Of a stretch of 64,000 nt of DNA, positions 13,222 to 26,155 are shown in pieces. This DNA comes from the human T2T-CHM13v2.0 reference genome, Homo sapiens. The notes beneath the pieces were generated by a model. It did no database searches. It saw only the letters and a list, made by a program, of their open reading frames with translations, and was not told the DNA's origin. The position numbers and the translations under genes were made by a program. Location: the NCBI RefSeq assembly GCF_009914755.1, contig NC_060944.1, one strand, 5' to 3'. Each line of letters opens with the position of its first letter. The first letter of the stretch is position 1.

Positions 13222-14640
13222 TAATTTTTTAATTGTGGTAAAATACATATAACATAAAATTTACTATATCAACTATTTTTAAGTATATAGTTCAGTAATG
13301 TAAGGTACATCCATATTGTTATGCAACCAACTTTCAAAACTTTTTCATCTTGGAAAACTGAAACTCTACACCCATTAAACAGCAACTTCTCATTCCCCCT
13401 CCCTGAGCCCTTGACAAGCACTATTCTACTTTCTGTTTCTATGAAATTGACTACACTACATGCCTAATATAAGTAGAATCACACAGTATTGTGTGTGTGT
13501 GTGTGTGTGTGTGTGACTGGCTTATTTCATTCAGCATATGTCCTCAAGGTTTGTCCTGTCATAGCATGTGTCAGACTTTTCTTCGTTTTTTAATGCTGAA
13601 TAATATTCTGTTGTTTGTATGTTCCACATTTTGTTTATCCATTCATTAGTAAATGGGCATTTGGGTTACTTCCTATTTTTGGCTATTATAAATAATGCTG
13701 CTATGGACATGGGTGTGCAAATATCACTTCAAGACCCTGCTTTCAATTCTTTTCAATTTACAGAAGTGTAAATACTGGATCATATAGTAATTCTATTTTT
13801 ATTTTTTTGAGAAACTGCCATACAGTTTTCCATAATGGTTGCACAATTTTACATTCCCACCAACAGTGCGCAAGGCCTCCAGTTCCCCAGATCCTCATCA
13901 ACAATTGTTTTCTCATTTTAAAATATATGTGTATAATATAATACAATTATATTTTATATATGTAATATATATACAATATATATTATATAGTAGCAATTCT
14001 CATGGGTATAAGGTGATATCTCCTTGTGGCTTTGATTTGTATTTCCCTAGTGATTAGTGATGTTGAGTATCCTTTCACATGTTTGTTGGCTGTTTGTGTA
14101 CCATCTTTAGGTAAATAGCTATTCAAGATCTTTTCACATTTAAAAAATCAGATTGTTTTGGGTTTTGTTATTTGTTCATTTTGGGATTTTTATTGGTTTT
14201 TTTGGAGGTAGTCAGTTACAAGAGTTCTTTATATATTCTGCATATTAACCCCTTATCTGATATATGATTTGCAAATTTTCTGCAGAATGGATATTTTCTC
14301 CCATTCTATAGGTTGCCTTTTCATTCTACTGATTATGTCCTTTGATGCAGACATTTTAAATTTTGATGTAGCCCAATTTATCTATTTTTACTTTTCCTAC
14401 ATGTGCTTTTGGTATCTTATGCAAGAAGTCACTGCCAAATGCAATGTTATAACATTTTCCTACTGTGATTTTTTCTAAGAGTTTCAGAGTTTGAAGTCTT
14501 ACATTTAGGTCTTTAATCCATTATTCATAAACTCCTGTAGATGATATAAGGGTCAAATTTCATTATTTTGTATGTTGATATTCATTTTTCTTATGATCAT
14601 TTGTTGAAGGCTGTCCTTTCTCCACTGAATGTTTTTGGAT
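13222..14640 (-). mobile_element. L1MB 3' end, antisense
   Basis: TTTTTAATTGTGGTAAAATACATATAACATAAAATTTAC start, followed by canonical antisense L1 3'UTR/ORF2 motifs. Confidence 0.9.
13490..13515. repeat. (TG)13 microsatellite
   Basis: Direct reading. Confidence 0.95.
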
Positions 14641-14940
14641 AGACTTTGAAAAGATTATTCTCAGTGAAAGAAGTCAGCTACAAGAGACCACCTATTATGT
14701 GATTTCATTTATATGAGATGTCTAGAATAGGAAAATATATAAGGACAGAAAGTAGATTAATGGTTGTGAAGGTCTGGGGAGGGAATAAATGGATTTACTG
14801 CTAATTAGATGATGCTAATTGTGTAGTGATTATACAATTCAGTGAATATATTAAAACATTTGAACTTTACACTCTAAATCAGAGTATGTGAAAAAATTTA
14901 CATACCTGTGAATTATATCTTAATAAATGTGTTAAAAAGA
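14641..14940 (+). mobile_element. L1M 3' UTR fragment
   Basis: CTCAGTGAAAGAAGTCAG...GACAGAAAGTAGATTAATGGTTG...TGTGAATTATATCTTAATAAA. Confidence 0.75.
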
Positions 14941-14944
14941 AAGG

Positions 14945-15151
14945 ATACCAAAATCTATGCATCCTGTGGAACTCATGTATATGAGTTTTGTATTCCATCC
15001 TGTGGAACTCATGTATATGAAAAGTAGGCCTTTCATATAAACAGGCTTTAGATTACATAATTACCATATTTTGGATCCTCATTTGGTTGAAAAAAATCCA
15101 CTTATAAATGAACTTGTGCAGTCCAAACCTATGTTGTTCAAGGGTCAACTG
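14945..15151 (+). mobile_element. MER8 (Tigger-derived MITE), partial
   Basis: TTTGGTTGAAAAAAATCCACTTATAA...GTTGTTCAAGGGTCAACTG|TA terminus. Confidence 0.8.
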
Positions 15152-15159
15152 TATATACA

Positions 15160-15610
15160 TACGATAGAACATTATTCAGCTTTAAAAAGAAAGAAATCTT
15201 ACCATTTGTGATAATATTGATATTTTTTGAAAACGTTATGCTAAGTTAAATAAGCCTATCACAGAAGGATAAATACTGCATGATTCCACTTATAAGGCAT
15301 CAAAAAAATCAAACTTATAGAAGTAAAAAATTGAATGGTGGCTGACAGAGGATGGGAGAGGTGGAAATGGGGAGTTGTTCAATAGGTATAAATTTATAGT
15401 AGTGCCTATAATTAACAATATCGTATTATGCATTTATAAAAGCAAATGGTCACAAGAAAACTTTTGGAGGTGATGAATATGTTTATTACCTTGATTGTAG
15501 TGATATTATCATAAGTGTATTCATATGTTCAAACTCATCAAATTGTTTATGTTAAATATGTGCAATTTTCTATATATATCAGTTATGCCTCAATAAAGCT
15601 GGGGGAAAAT
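15160..15610 (+). mobile_element. L1MA/L1MB 3' end
   Basis: AAATACTGCATGATTCCACTTATA...TTTTGGAGGTGATGAATATGTTTATTACCTTGATTG...CCTCAATAAAGCTG. Confidence 0.8.
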
Positions 15611-15943
15611 CGAGTAAAAAAATATAAATGACACATATAGAGAAAATGTAAAATGGTGATAAAATCCAAGTATGTAATGATAATATTAAATGTAAATGGA
15701 TTCAACTTCCAATCAAAGGCAGATATTTAGACTGGATTAAAAAATAATAAACAGGATCCAACTGTATGCTATCTGTAAGAAGCACACTGTAGATTAAAAA
15801 TAGCTTAAAAGTAAAATGAAAAAAGTTACATTATTCAAACAACAACTATAAGATACATGGAGTGAATGATTGTTAGCCTGGTAATTTATATCAGATAAAA
15901 TAGATAATAAAACAAAAATGTTCCTAGAAATAAAGAGGGACAC

Positions 15944-16296
15944 TGGTATGGTTTGGCTGTGTCTCCACCCAAATCTCATCTTGAATTGTACTTCTATAAT
16001 TCCCATGTACTGTGGGAGGGACCCAGTGGGAAATAATTTGAATCATGGGGGCGGTTTCCCCCATACTGTTCTCATGGTAGTGAATAAGTCTCACGAGATC
16101 TGATGGTTTTATCAGGGGTTTCTGCTTTTGCATCTGCCTCATTTTCTCTTGCTGCCACCATGTAAAAAGTGCCTTTTGCCTCCCGCCATAATTCTGAGGC
16201 CTTCCCAGCCATGTGGAACTGTAAGTCCAATTAAACCTCTTTTTCTTCCCAGTCTTGGGTATGTCTTTATCAGCAGCATGAAAACAGACTAATACA
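15944..16296 (+). mobile_element. THE1A solo LTR (ERVL-MaLR)
   Basis: TGGTATGGTTTGGCTGTGTC...ATAATTTGAATCATGGGGGCGG...ACAGACTAATACA, with a perfect 5-bp TSD GACAC at 15939-15943 and 16297-16301. Confidence 0.95.
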
Positions 16297-18640
16297 GACA
16301 CATTACAATGATACAAGGGTAATTCATCTTGAAGATATAACAATTACGTACATTTATGCATCTAACAACAGGGCCCCCAAATACATAAAGCAAAAACTGA
16401 CAGAACTGAAGGAAAAAATAGGCAATTCAACAGTAACAGCTGGAGATTTCAATAACCCACTTTCAATAATGGACAGAACAAGTAAGCAAAAGATCAACAG
16501 AGTATAAACAATTTGAATAACATTGTAACTAGACCCAACAGATATCTGTAGAACACTCTACTTAAATGCAGCAGAATACATAGTCTTCTAGAGCACATGT
16601 GGAACATTCTCTACAATAGACCATGTGATCAGCCATAAAACAGATATCAATAGATTGAAGATTAGAATCATACCAAATACATTTTCTGACCACACAGGAA
16701 TTAAATTAGAAATCAATAAGAGAAGGAAATTCAGGAAATGTACACATATATGAAAATTAAACAACACACCCCTAAATAACTAATGTGTCAAAGAAGAAAA
16801 TCCAAGATAAATTTTAAAAATTGACATAAATAAAAACAAAACCTCAATATACCAAAATGTATGGTATACAGTTAAGAGGAACTCAGATGGAAAGTTATGG
16901 GTATAAATGCAAATATTTTAAAAAGTCAATAACTTCATCTTCCACCTTAAGAAACTAGAAAAAGAAGAACAAATTAAACCCAGAGCTAGCAAAAAAGGAA
17001 ACAATAAAGACTAGAGAACAATTAGACAACAGAAAAAAACAATGGAAAAAAAATTAATTCTTTCAAAAGATCAACAAATTTAACAAATCTTTCTTTAGAC
17101 TGACAAATAAATAAGAGAAGACTCAAATTACTAAAGTCAGGAATAAGAGGGGACACAACACTACTGACCTTACAGAAATAAAAAGGATTGTCAAGAAATC
17201 TATAGGCAATTCTATGCCAACAAATTAAGTAATTGAGATCAAATGGACAAATTTTTAGAAAGATACAAACTATCAAAACTGACTGAAGAAGAAATAGAAA
17301 ATCTGAATTTATGTATAAAAAGTTGGATTATTAAATTTAAAAAACACTTTCTACAAAAAAAATCCAAATTCACCAGTTGGCATCACTGGGGAATTCTACT
17401 AAGCATCCAAAGAATAAAAACCAATACTTCACAAGCTTTTTCAAAATATAGAAGAAATGGGAGCACTTTCCAACTCATAAGGCCACTATTACCCTGATAT
17501 TAAAGCCAGACAAAGATATTACAAGAAAAGAAAACTGTAACTTAATATTTCTTATGAAGATAAATACAGAAAATCCTCAACCAAATACTGGCAAGCGAAA
17601 TCCAACAATATATAAAATGCATTATACACCATGACAAAGAAGGATTTCTCCTAGGAATGCAAGGTAATGGTTGCATCTGAAAACCAACTAATATGCACAT
17701 TATATTAATAGAATAAGGGACAAAAATCACATGATCATCTCAATAGATGTAAAAACGAAATCTGACACAAGGCAAAACTTATTCATGATTAAAAAAAAAC
17801 TCAAAGAACTAAAGTTAAAATGGAACTATCTAGCCTTACAAAGGGTGTCTACAAAAACCCCATAGATTATATTATATTTGATGGTGAATGACTAAATGTT
17901 TTCCCCCAAGATCAGAACAGAACAAGGACATTTATTCTTACCACGTCTATTAACATCATATTGGAATTTCTAGCTAGGTTAATTAGGAAAGAGAAAAAAA
18001 AGGCATCCAAATTGAAAAAGAATGTCTATTTGCAGTTGACATGATTTTGTACACAGAAAATCATATGGAATTGACTAAAATACTATTAGAACTCATAAGT
18101 GAGTTCAGCAGAGTTTCAGGATGCAATATTAATACACAAAAATCAATTTTATTTCTTTAGTAATGAAGAATCCAAAATTAATATTAAGAAAACAATTCCA
18201 TTTATGATATTGAAATATTATAGCATTGAATGAAATACAATTTTTTCAATGCTGTAATGTTCAAAAGAAATAGATCTGGCAAAAGATTAAAAACTTGTGT
18301 GCTGAAAATTACAAAATATAGCTGAAAAATTAAAGAAGAGCCAATGAAATGTAAAGACATCTTGTGTTCACATATTAGAAGACTTAATATTTTTAAGATG
18401 GCAATATTCATTAAAGTAATTGAGAGACTGAATACAACAATCCTAATAGGCTTTCTTATAAAAGAGAGAATCCCAGTTTGCTTTTCCCAAAAATTGACAA
18501 ACTGATTGTAAAATTCAAATGGAAATGCAAGAAATCTAGAATAGCCAAACTAATCCTAGAAAAACAAAATTGAAGGTCTCAAAATTCCAAATTTCAAAAC
18601 AAAGCCATAGCAATTGAGACAGCATGTACTAGCTTAAGGA

Positions 18641-18642
<2 letters not shown>

Positions 18643-18684
<42 letters not shown>

Positions 18685-18714
18685 ATCTATCTGTCTGTCT
18701 GTCTTATCTATCTA
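18643..18714. repeat. (TC)n/(TATC)n/(TGTC)n compound microsatellite inside L1
   Basis: Direct reading. Confidence 0.9.
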
Positions 18715-21154
18715 AATGGAATAGAATCGAGGGTTTACAAATAAACCCTTATTATTTGTGCTCAACTGACTTTTAAACAAAGATAGCAAGGCAATTCAAT
18801 GAAAAAAGAACAGTTTTTCAACGAGCAGTCATGGGAGAATTGTATATCCACATGTAAAAATCATGAGGCTGTGTTCCTACCTCACAAAATATGAAAATTT
18901 AACTCAAAATCAATCATAGACCTAATCTGAGAGTGTGAACTATAAATTCTTAGAAGAAGGCTTGGAATAAATATTTGTGGCCTTGATTCAGGCAATGATT
19001 TTTTAGATGTAACACCAAAAACACAAATGACAAAATAAAAAATAGGTTAATTGTACTTTATCATAATTAAAATCTTTTGTGCTGCAAATAATACAATCAA
19101 GAAAGTGAAAAGACCACCACTGAATGGAAAAAAAATTTGCAAGTCAAATTTGTAAAAAGAGACATGTACCTAGCATATATGGAGAGCTCTTACAATTCAA
19201 TAATGAAAAGTAAGTTAAAAATAGGTAAACAATTTGAATAGGCATTACTAAAAATAAGATATACAAATGACTAATAAAAACATAAAAAGATGCTCAACAT
19301 CATTAGTCATCAGAAAAATGCAAATCAAACCCACAAAGAGATCCCACTTTGAACCCATTAGCATAGCTAGAATAAGAAAAGATAGAAAATAATAGGTGTC
19401 AGAAAGAATATAGAGAGATTGAAACGATTATCCATTGCTGGTGGGAATGTAATATGGTGCAGTCACGCTTTAAAACAGTTTGGCATTTCCCAGAGTTACG
19501 ATATAACCCAGCAATTCCATTCCTAAGTATATGCTTGAGAGAAAAAAAAATACTTCTATACAAAAACCTATACACAAGTGTTCAAAGCGGTAGTATTCCT
19601 GGTAGCCAGAATGTGGAAATAACCCAATTGTCTATCAACTGATGAACGGATAAACAAAATATGGTATATTCATATAACGAAATATCATTCATCAATAAAA
19701 AGTAATGAAGTACTGACATGACACAACATGAACATGAATCTTGAAAGCGTTATGTAAGCTTTCAAGCTTACGTAAGCTTGAAGCCCTTCACAAAACACCA
19801 TATATTGTGTGATTCCATTAATATAAAGACCGAGAATAGGCAAATCCATAGAGACAGAAAGTAGATTAGTTGTTGCCAGAGGCTAGGCGAAAAAGATATG
19901 GGGAGTGATTGCCAGTGGACATGTTTTTTTTTTTTTTTAATATGAAATGTTCCAAAATTGTATTGTGCTGATATTTGCACAACTCTGTGAATATACTAAA
20001 AACATTTCATTGTGTGGTTTAAATTAATGAATTTTATAGTATTTAATTACATCTCCAATCTGCTTAAAAAAAGAAAATAGATCGTGGAGGAATAGGATGA
20101 GATCGAGAGAGCAGATAAAGTGTTAATTCATGGTTAGAAGCAGGCGTACTTTTTCCATAGTACCAGGTAAAAGGCATCTCTGAGGCTAATTTTACATTAC
20201 TCTTTTTTTTTTCATGTGAAGATAATCATTGTTGATTTTAACTTGATTTAATTTGTATAAAAATATCCTGCAAGTTCTGCACTATATAATTTGCCCTTAA
20301 GCCCTGTTCCCTTGAGTGATAACTTCTGCTGGTGGTCATCAGTGTTTTGACCATGATCTGGACACAGTCTCCTAGATGATCATATTCTTTCCTAGTTACA
20401 AACATATCCCTGCATTGGCTTCATTTTATTTTCCATCCGCCCTTTCTGCCTGAAATAACTTTGAGTCAGTCCTACCCACAGAGTAGGATGTCCTGCTGCG
20501 TGGACCAATAGAGGAGCTGTCTTCTGTGCTTGGAGCTGCACCTGTGCTGTTCCCATCATCTGGTGGTTGGAGGTATATCTGGGTATACAGCACAGATACC
20601 ACATCTTCTAGAGTTATGACGTCTTGTACAGTTCCTTTCTAATCAGTAAGCAAGTATGAACACCTGGGATGACGTTAGGTCACTCTCTGCCTAATCCTTG
20701 CTTATTTAAAGAAGGCATTTTAAATATTGCCCAGTCTTCTTTTTTAATACCTTTCTGTTTTATTCAGATATCAGGGGTAAAATGCTATGAAGGAGGAAAG
20801 TAAAATTTAAATAAAAATTTAACAAATATTAGTAAGAGGAGAAAATGTCATTAGTCTTCCAAGGAATATGGAACCTGAAAACAGGAAAGTAAAATGTTGA
20901 ACACTTCCAACTCACAGATGCCTCTGCATTTACAGCTCACTACAAAGGAGACATCTCGAGTTTTCCACAGGAAAACAGATTTACTACGAGGTAGTTAGTA
21001 AGTAGAAACAACTCCTTATTCGACTCTTTCTTCTAAGAAAGGTAATCAGAGGGTAGAAAAGTGCCACTCAGAAAGCAAAATGGAATGGACCAATTATTCT
21101 AAAGATAAAGGTGGTGGTTGTAAGCTGCTTCCAAACAAGTGACAAACAAGTGTT

Positions 21155-21955
21155 GAAAATATGCCTACCATATGATCTAACCATTCCACTCCATGACATT
21201 TATCCAAGGGAAAGGAAAGCCTATATTTATACAGACGTTTTAAAATAAATGTTCAGAGCAGGTTTATTTGTGATTACGAAAAATTGGAAACAACACAAGT
21301 GTCCATCAAGAGGTGAATAGGTACACAAATCTTAGTATATCCATACAATGTAATCCTACAGAAATAAAAGGGAATGAACTACTGAGACACATAACACACG
21401 TATAAAGCTCAAAGTAAAAGAAACCAAACAAGAGTATATATCATATGATGGTGGAAGGACAGGATGGAAAGATTGCAAAATGGCACAAGGAAACTTCTGA
21501 GAGTAATGTGTGTGTTCACCATGTTGATTGTACTGATAGTTTTACAAATACAGTCATGTGCCACATAATAACTTTTGGTCAATGACAGACTACATATATG
21601 ACATCTGTCTCATAAGATTATAATGGAGCCAAAAAATTTCTATTGCACAAATACTTACCATTATGTTACTATTTCCTTACACTAGTTAGTGCAGTAACAT
21701 GCTATACAGGTTTGTAGCCAATGAGCAACAGGCTATAATATATAGCATAGGTGCGTAGTAGGCTATACCATCTAGGTTTATGTAAGTATGTTCACACAGT
21801 GATGAAATTGCCTAAGGATGCTTTTCTCAGAATGTATCCTTGTTGTTAAATGATGTGTGACTATATGTATATATATCAAAACTTTTCAATTGCATATTTA
21901 AAATATGGGTAACTTACTGTGTGTCAATTATACCTCAACAAAGCTGTATAAAAAT
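21155..21955 (+). mobile_element. L1MD/ME 3' fragment interrupted by Tigger3
   Basis: CTACCATATGATCTAACCATTCCACTCC...GGAAACAACACAAGTGTCCATCAA...TGTCAATTATACCTCAACAAAGCTG. Confidence 0.75.
21551..21863 (+). mobile_element. Tigger3 (GOLEM)-derived MITE
   Basis: TA|CAGTCATGTGCCACATAA...CAGGTTTGTAGCC...GGCTATACCATCTAGG...GTGTGACTA|TA. Confidence 0.88.
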
Positions 21956-22639
21956 AATGAATCACGTGCCCTGGAGTGGTGGAATCTAGTTGCTCTCTTT
22001 ACAAGCTTAAGCTCATTACCGTAATAACTGACTATTAATGAAATCAATATGCATGTGAAAGAAACAGAAAGGGGCAACAACTTGGTGAAGCCACCACTGT
22101 AAAATAGCAATTATTTGGTCTTTGGCTCATTTTTTGACTTTTGTGTCCAGAAGCAATGAGCAGCCTATAACCAACTTCATTTGAACAAACAGTAAACAGA
22201 TTCATGTCCACTGGGATATTGTCTTCCAGGATCCCCAGACCTGCTTTCACCAAACATGAAATGTCTGTTTACAAAATTCTGCTCTGTTAGATGGAACTCT
22301 TATTTCTCTCCCTGCAAAAAGGCCAGATATTTAAAATATCTCTGGAAAATAGGAAAAATAAATATTTGAGTAAAATTGTATTTCATCTTTAAACTGCTAT
22401 TTCAAATATCAGGAGAACTTGTTACGTCCTTTTGTACAAAAGGGAGTGGGGAAGCTGGGACATGTAACCTGAGGTTGAACCTCCAAAGCACACACTGTAT
22501 CAATTTATAGCTCATTGGTATGACTAATTGAGAGCTGATAGTGAAAAAACAGTATATGTTTGTGTATGTGTGTGCATATAGAAAATCTACAGCTAGCAGC
22601 AATATGTTATACATATACACATATTGCTGTTAGTTGTAG

Positions 22640-25265
22640 GATAGACTTTTTAAAGAGCAGTTTCAGGTACACAGCAAAACTGAGGGGAAGCTATAGAGAT
22701 TTCTCATATATCCCCTGCCCCCACACTTGCACGGTTTCCTCCATTACCAACATTCCCACCAGTGTAGTATATTTATTACATTGACACATTATAATCACCC
22801 AAAGTCCATAGTTTATATTAGGGTTGACTTTTGGTATTGTGGATTCTATGGGTTTGGACAGATGTATAATGACATGTATCCACCATTGTAGTGGATACAT
22901 ATGGAGTATTTTCACTGCCCTAAAAATCTGTACTCTGCCTATTCATCCCTCTCCCCACCCCCCACCCTCTAGCAACTACTGATCTTTTTACTGTTTGCTT
23001 AGTTTTGCCTTTTTCAGAATGTCATGTAGTTAGAATCATGCAGTATGTTGTCTTAATATTGGCTTCTTTCACTTATTAATATGCATGTAAGTTTCCTCCA
23101 TGTCTTTTCATGGCTTTGTAGCTCATTTTTCTTTAGCGCCAAATGATAGTCTGTTGTCTGTATTTACCATAGTTTATTTATCCATTCACCTACTGAAGGA
23201 TATCTTGATTGTTTCCAAAACCAATGTTTTGACAATTATGAATAAAGCTTCTATAAACATATGTGTGCATAGACATAAGTTTTCAACTCCTGTAAGTAGA
23301 CAATAAGGAGCATGATTGCTGGATCATATAGTAAGAGTATGTTTAGTTTTGTAAGAAACTGCCAAACTATCTTCCATAGTGGCTGTACCATTTTTCATTC
23401 CCACCAGAAGTGAATGGGAATTCCTGCTGCTACATGCCGTTACTGGCATTTAGTGTTAGTGTTCTGGATTTTGGCTATTCTAATGAGTGTTCAGTCATAT
23501 CTTATTTTTATTTGCATTTTCCTGATGACATATGATACAGAGGATTTTTTTCATATTCCTATTTGCCATCTGTATATCTTCTTTGGTGAGGTGTTTGGTA
23601 AGGTCTTTGGCTCATTTTTTAATTGTTGTTTTCTTATTGTTGAGTTTAAGGAGTTCTTTGTATATTTTGGTCTACTGTCATTTATCATATGTGTCTTTTA
23701 CAAATATTTCCTCCCAGTTTGTGGCTTGTTTTCTCATTCTTCTAACATTGTCTTTTCAGAGCAGTAGGTATCCATTTTAATTAAATTTAGCTTATCAATT
23801 ATTCCTTCATGGATCATGCCTTTGATGTTCTATCAAAAGGTCATCTCCATATGCAAGATCATTTAGATTTTATCCTATGTTATCTTCTACTTTTATATTT
23901 TTGTGTTTTGCATTGAGGTCTATGATGCATTTTGAGTTAATTTTGTGAAGGGTGTAAGGCCTGTATATAGATTCATATGTGTTTTGCACATGGATGTCTA
24001 GTTATGTCAGCAGCATTTGTTGAAAAGACTGTCTTTGCTCCATCTTATTGTCTCTGCCCCTTTGTCAAAGGTCAATATACTATATTTATGTGGGTCTATT
24101 TCTTGGATCTCTATTGTGTTCTACTGATCTATTTGGCTATTCTTTCAACAATATCTCACTGTCTTGATTACTGCAGCTTTCTAGTAAGTCTTGAAGTTGG
24201 GTAATGTCAGTCCTCCAGCTTTGCTCTTCTTCAGTATTGTGTTGGCTATTCTGGGTCTTTTGCCTGTCTGTATAAACTTTAGATTGAGGTTTTCCTATTC
24301 ATGAACATGGAATATCTCTCCAGTTATATAGTTCTTTGATTTTATTTTCCATCAGCGTTTGTAGTTTTCCTCATGTAGATCTTACACATATTTTATTAAA
24401 TTTGTATGTCAGTATTTTATTTATTGGGATGCTAATGTAAGTGGTATTATGTTTTTAATTTAAAATTCCACTTGTTAATTGCTGGTATTTAGGAAAGCAA
24501 TTGGCTTTTGTATATTAACCTTGTATCCTGCAACTTTGCTATAATCACTTATTAGTTTTAAAATTTATATTTTGATTCTTTTGGATTTTCTACATAGAAC
24601 AATAATGCCATTTGTGAACAAAGATAGTTTTATTTCTTCCTTCCCAACTGGTACACTTCTTATTTCCTTATTTTGTCCTTCTGCATTAGGGAGAACTTCC
24701 AGTACAACATTGAAAAGGAGTGGTGAGAGGGGATATCCTTGTCTTGTTCCTGATCTTAGTGGTAAAGTTTCTAGTATCTTAGCATTAAATTTAATGTTGG
24801 CTGTTAGGTTTTTTTGTGGATATTCTTTATCAAGTTGAGGAAGTTCCCACTTTTCCTAGTTTACTGAGAGATTTTATCATAAATTGGTATTGAATTTTGT
24901 CAAATGCCATTTCTGTGGCTATTTATATAATCATGTGATTTTTTAGCCTATTGATGTGATGGATTATATTAGCTGATTTTTGAATGTTCAACCAGCTTGC
25001 ACACATGAAATAATTCCCACTTGGTCGTTGTGTATAATTCTCATTATACATTATTGGATTTCACTTGGTAATATTTTGTTTAGGATTTTTCCATCTATGT
25101 TCATAAGAGTTATCAGCCTATAGTTTTCTTTTCTTGTAATATTTGTCTGGTTTTGGTGTTAAGATAATGGTGGCTTCATAGAATGAGGAAGTTTTCTCTC
25201 TGCTTATAATCTTCTGAAAGAGATTGTAGAGTATTGGTATAATTCCTTCCTTAAATATTTGCTAG
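22640..25265 (-). mobile_element. L1MC1/2-like LINE, antisense (3' end plus ORF2 part)
   Basis: AGAGCAGTTTCAGGTACACAGCAAAACTGAG...CACCCAAAGTCCATAGTTTA...GGAGTGGTGAGAGGGGATATCCTTGTCTTGTTCC. Confidence 0.92.
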
Positions 25266-25624
25266 TATGTATACATCTTTAATTTTACTGTTCATTTGAA
25301 TCATGTCATCTATTTGAATAGTTCAATATTATTTAGGGAGAGGCTAAATCAATAATAGTTAAATAGGTGGACTATGGTTTAGTAGCAGGTGTTTCATGAG
25401 GGCCCTTCAGCCTGTGGGCATGATCAGGTCACAGGGTATTATATTTTCCCTGTGGGCTCATCATGGCCGGGCACTCCTAATCACTGCTACCAAGCTTACT
25501 AACAATAACAAAAAGGAACGCTCTATCCTGTTATAAGTGCTGTTACATGGCTTTATCTTATTGAGCAAGTGTCTCTAGGCTAATCACTGGACTGTGGTCA
25601 CCTTAGAACAACTCTCTGGTGAAT

Positions 25625-25940
25625 GCTGTGATGTTCACCCAAATCTCCATTCAGGAATTGAGAACTTATTCCCCATCTGTGGAAAGGCTACGGAAGATGC
25701 CCCTTAGGTCAGATCTCCTGCCAAGGACAGCCTGCACCCAGTCACTGATCACTGTGGGGACATAAAGGCCCAGGCCCATCACCCCAACTAAAGGGCTACT
25801 TAAGCTCCTGAGATCCCCAAAGGCTGAGACCTCTGTTGGAACCTCATGGCAGCTCAATTTCTGTTTCTGCCCAATCCTGCTTTCTTTTCTTCTGCAGATA
25901 TGGATCCCAGGAGCTATCCAAAGGTTTCCTGGGGTAGAAT
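25625..25940 (+). mobile_element. LTR16-like (ERVL) LTR fragment
   Basis: GCCTGCACCCAGTCACTGATC...GGCTGAGACCTCTGTTG...CTGCCCAATCCTGCTTTC. Confidence 0.6.
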
Positions 25941-26009
25941 CAAATCACTGATCCTTGTTTTTAAAGCGCCCCCTTTTAAAATAGCCTTGGATTGTTAGTG
26001 ATGCTGTTG

Positions 26010-26155
26010 TGGCTACAGGCTCGGAAGTCAAGCTTTCTGGGTTTACCTCCTGGTTCTCTCATCTCTTTACTACAGCACCTTAGGCAAGTAACTTAATCTC
26101 ACTGTCAGTTTACTCAGCTATAAAATGGATATAATATTTGCACCAACCTCATGAT
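26010..26155 (+). mobile_element. MIR SINE fragment
   Basis: ACCTTAGGCAAGTAACTTAATCTC...CAGTTTACTCAGCTATAAAATGGATATAATA. Confidence 0.75.

Larger units (their letters stand above)
15625..20072 (+). mobile_element. L1MB-type LINE, degenerate ORF2 through 3' end (interrupted by THE1A)
   Basis: Continuous degenerate ORF2: endonuclease-start TTAAATGTAAATGGA, GCTGGAGATTTCAAT, TTTTCTGACCAC, the MDKFLERYKL fragment at 17243 and TTTGCAGTTGACATG (FADD-like), ending in an L1M 3'UTR. Confidence 0.92.

Noticed and set aside
15924-16343. 139-aa ORF with an apparent paralogue at 59556-59852
   Set aside because: Both are antisense translations of THE1A LTRs, not a gene family.
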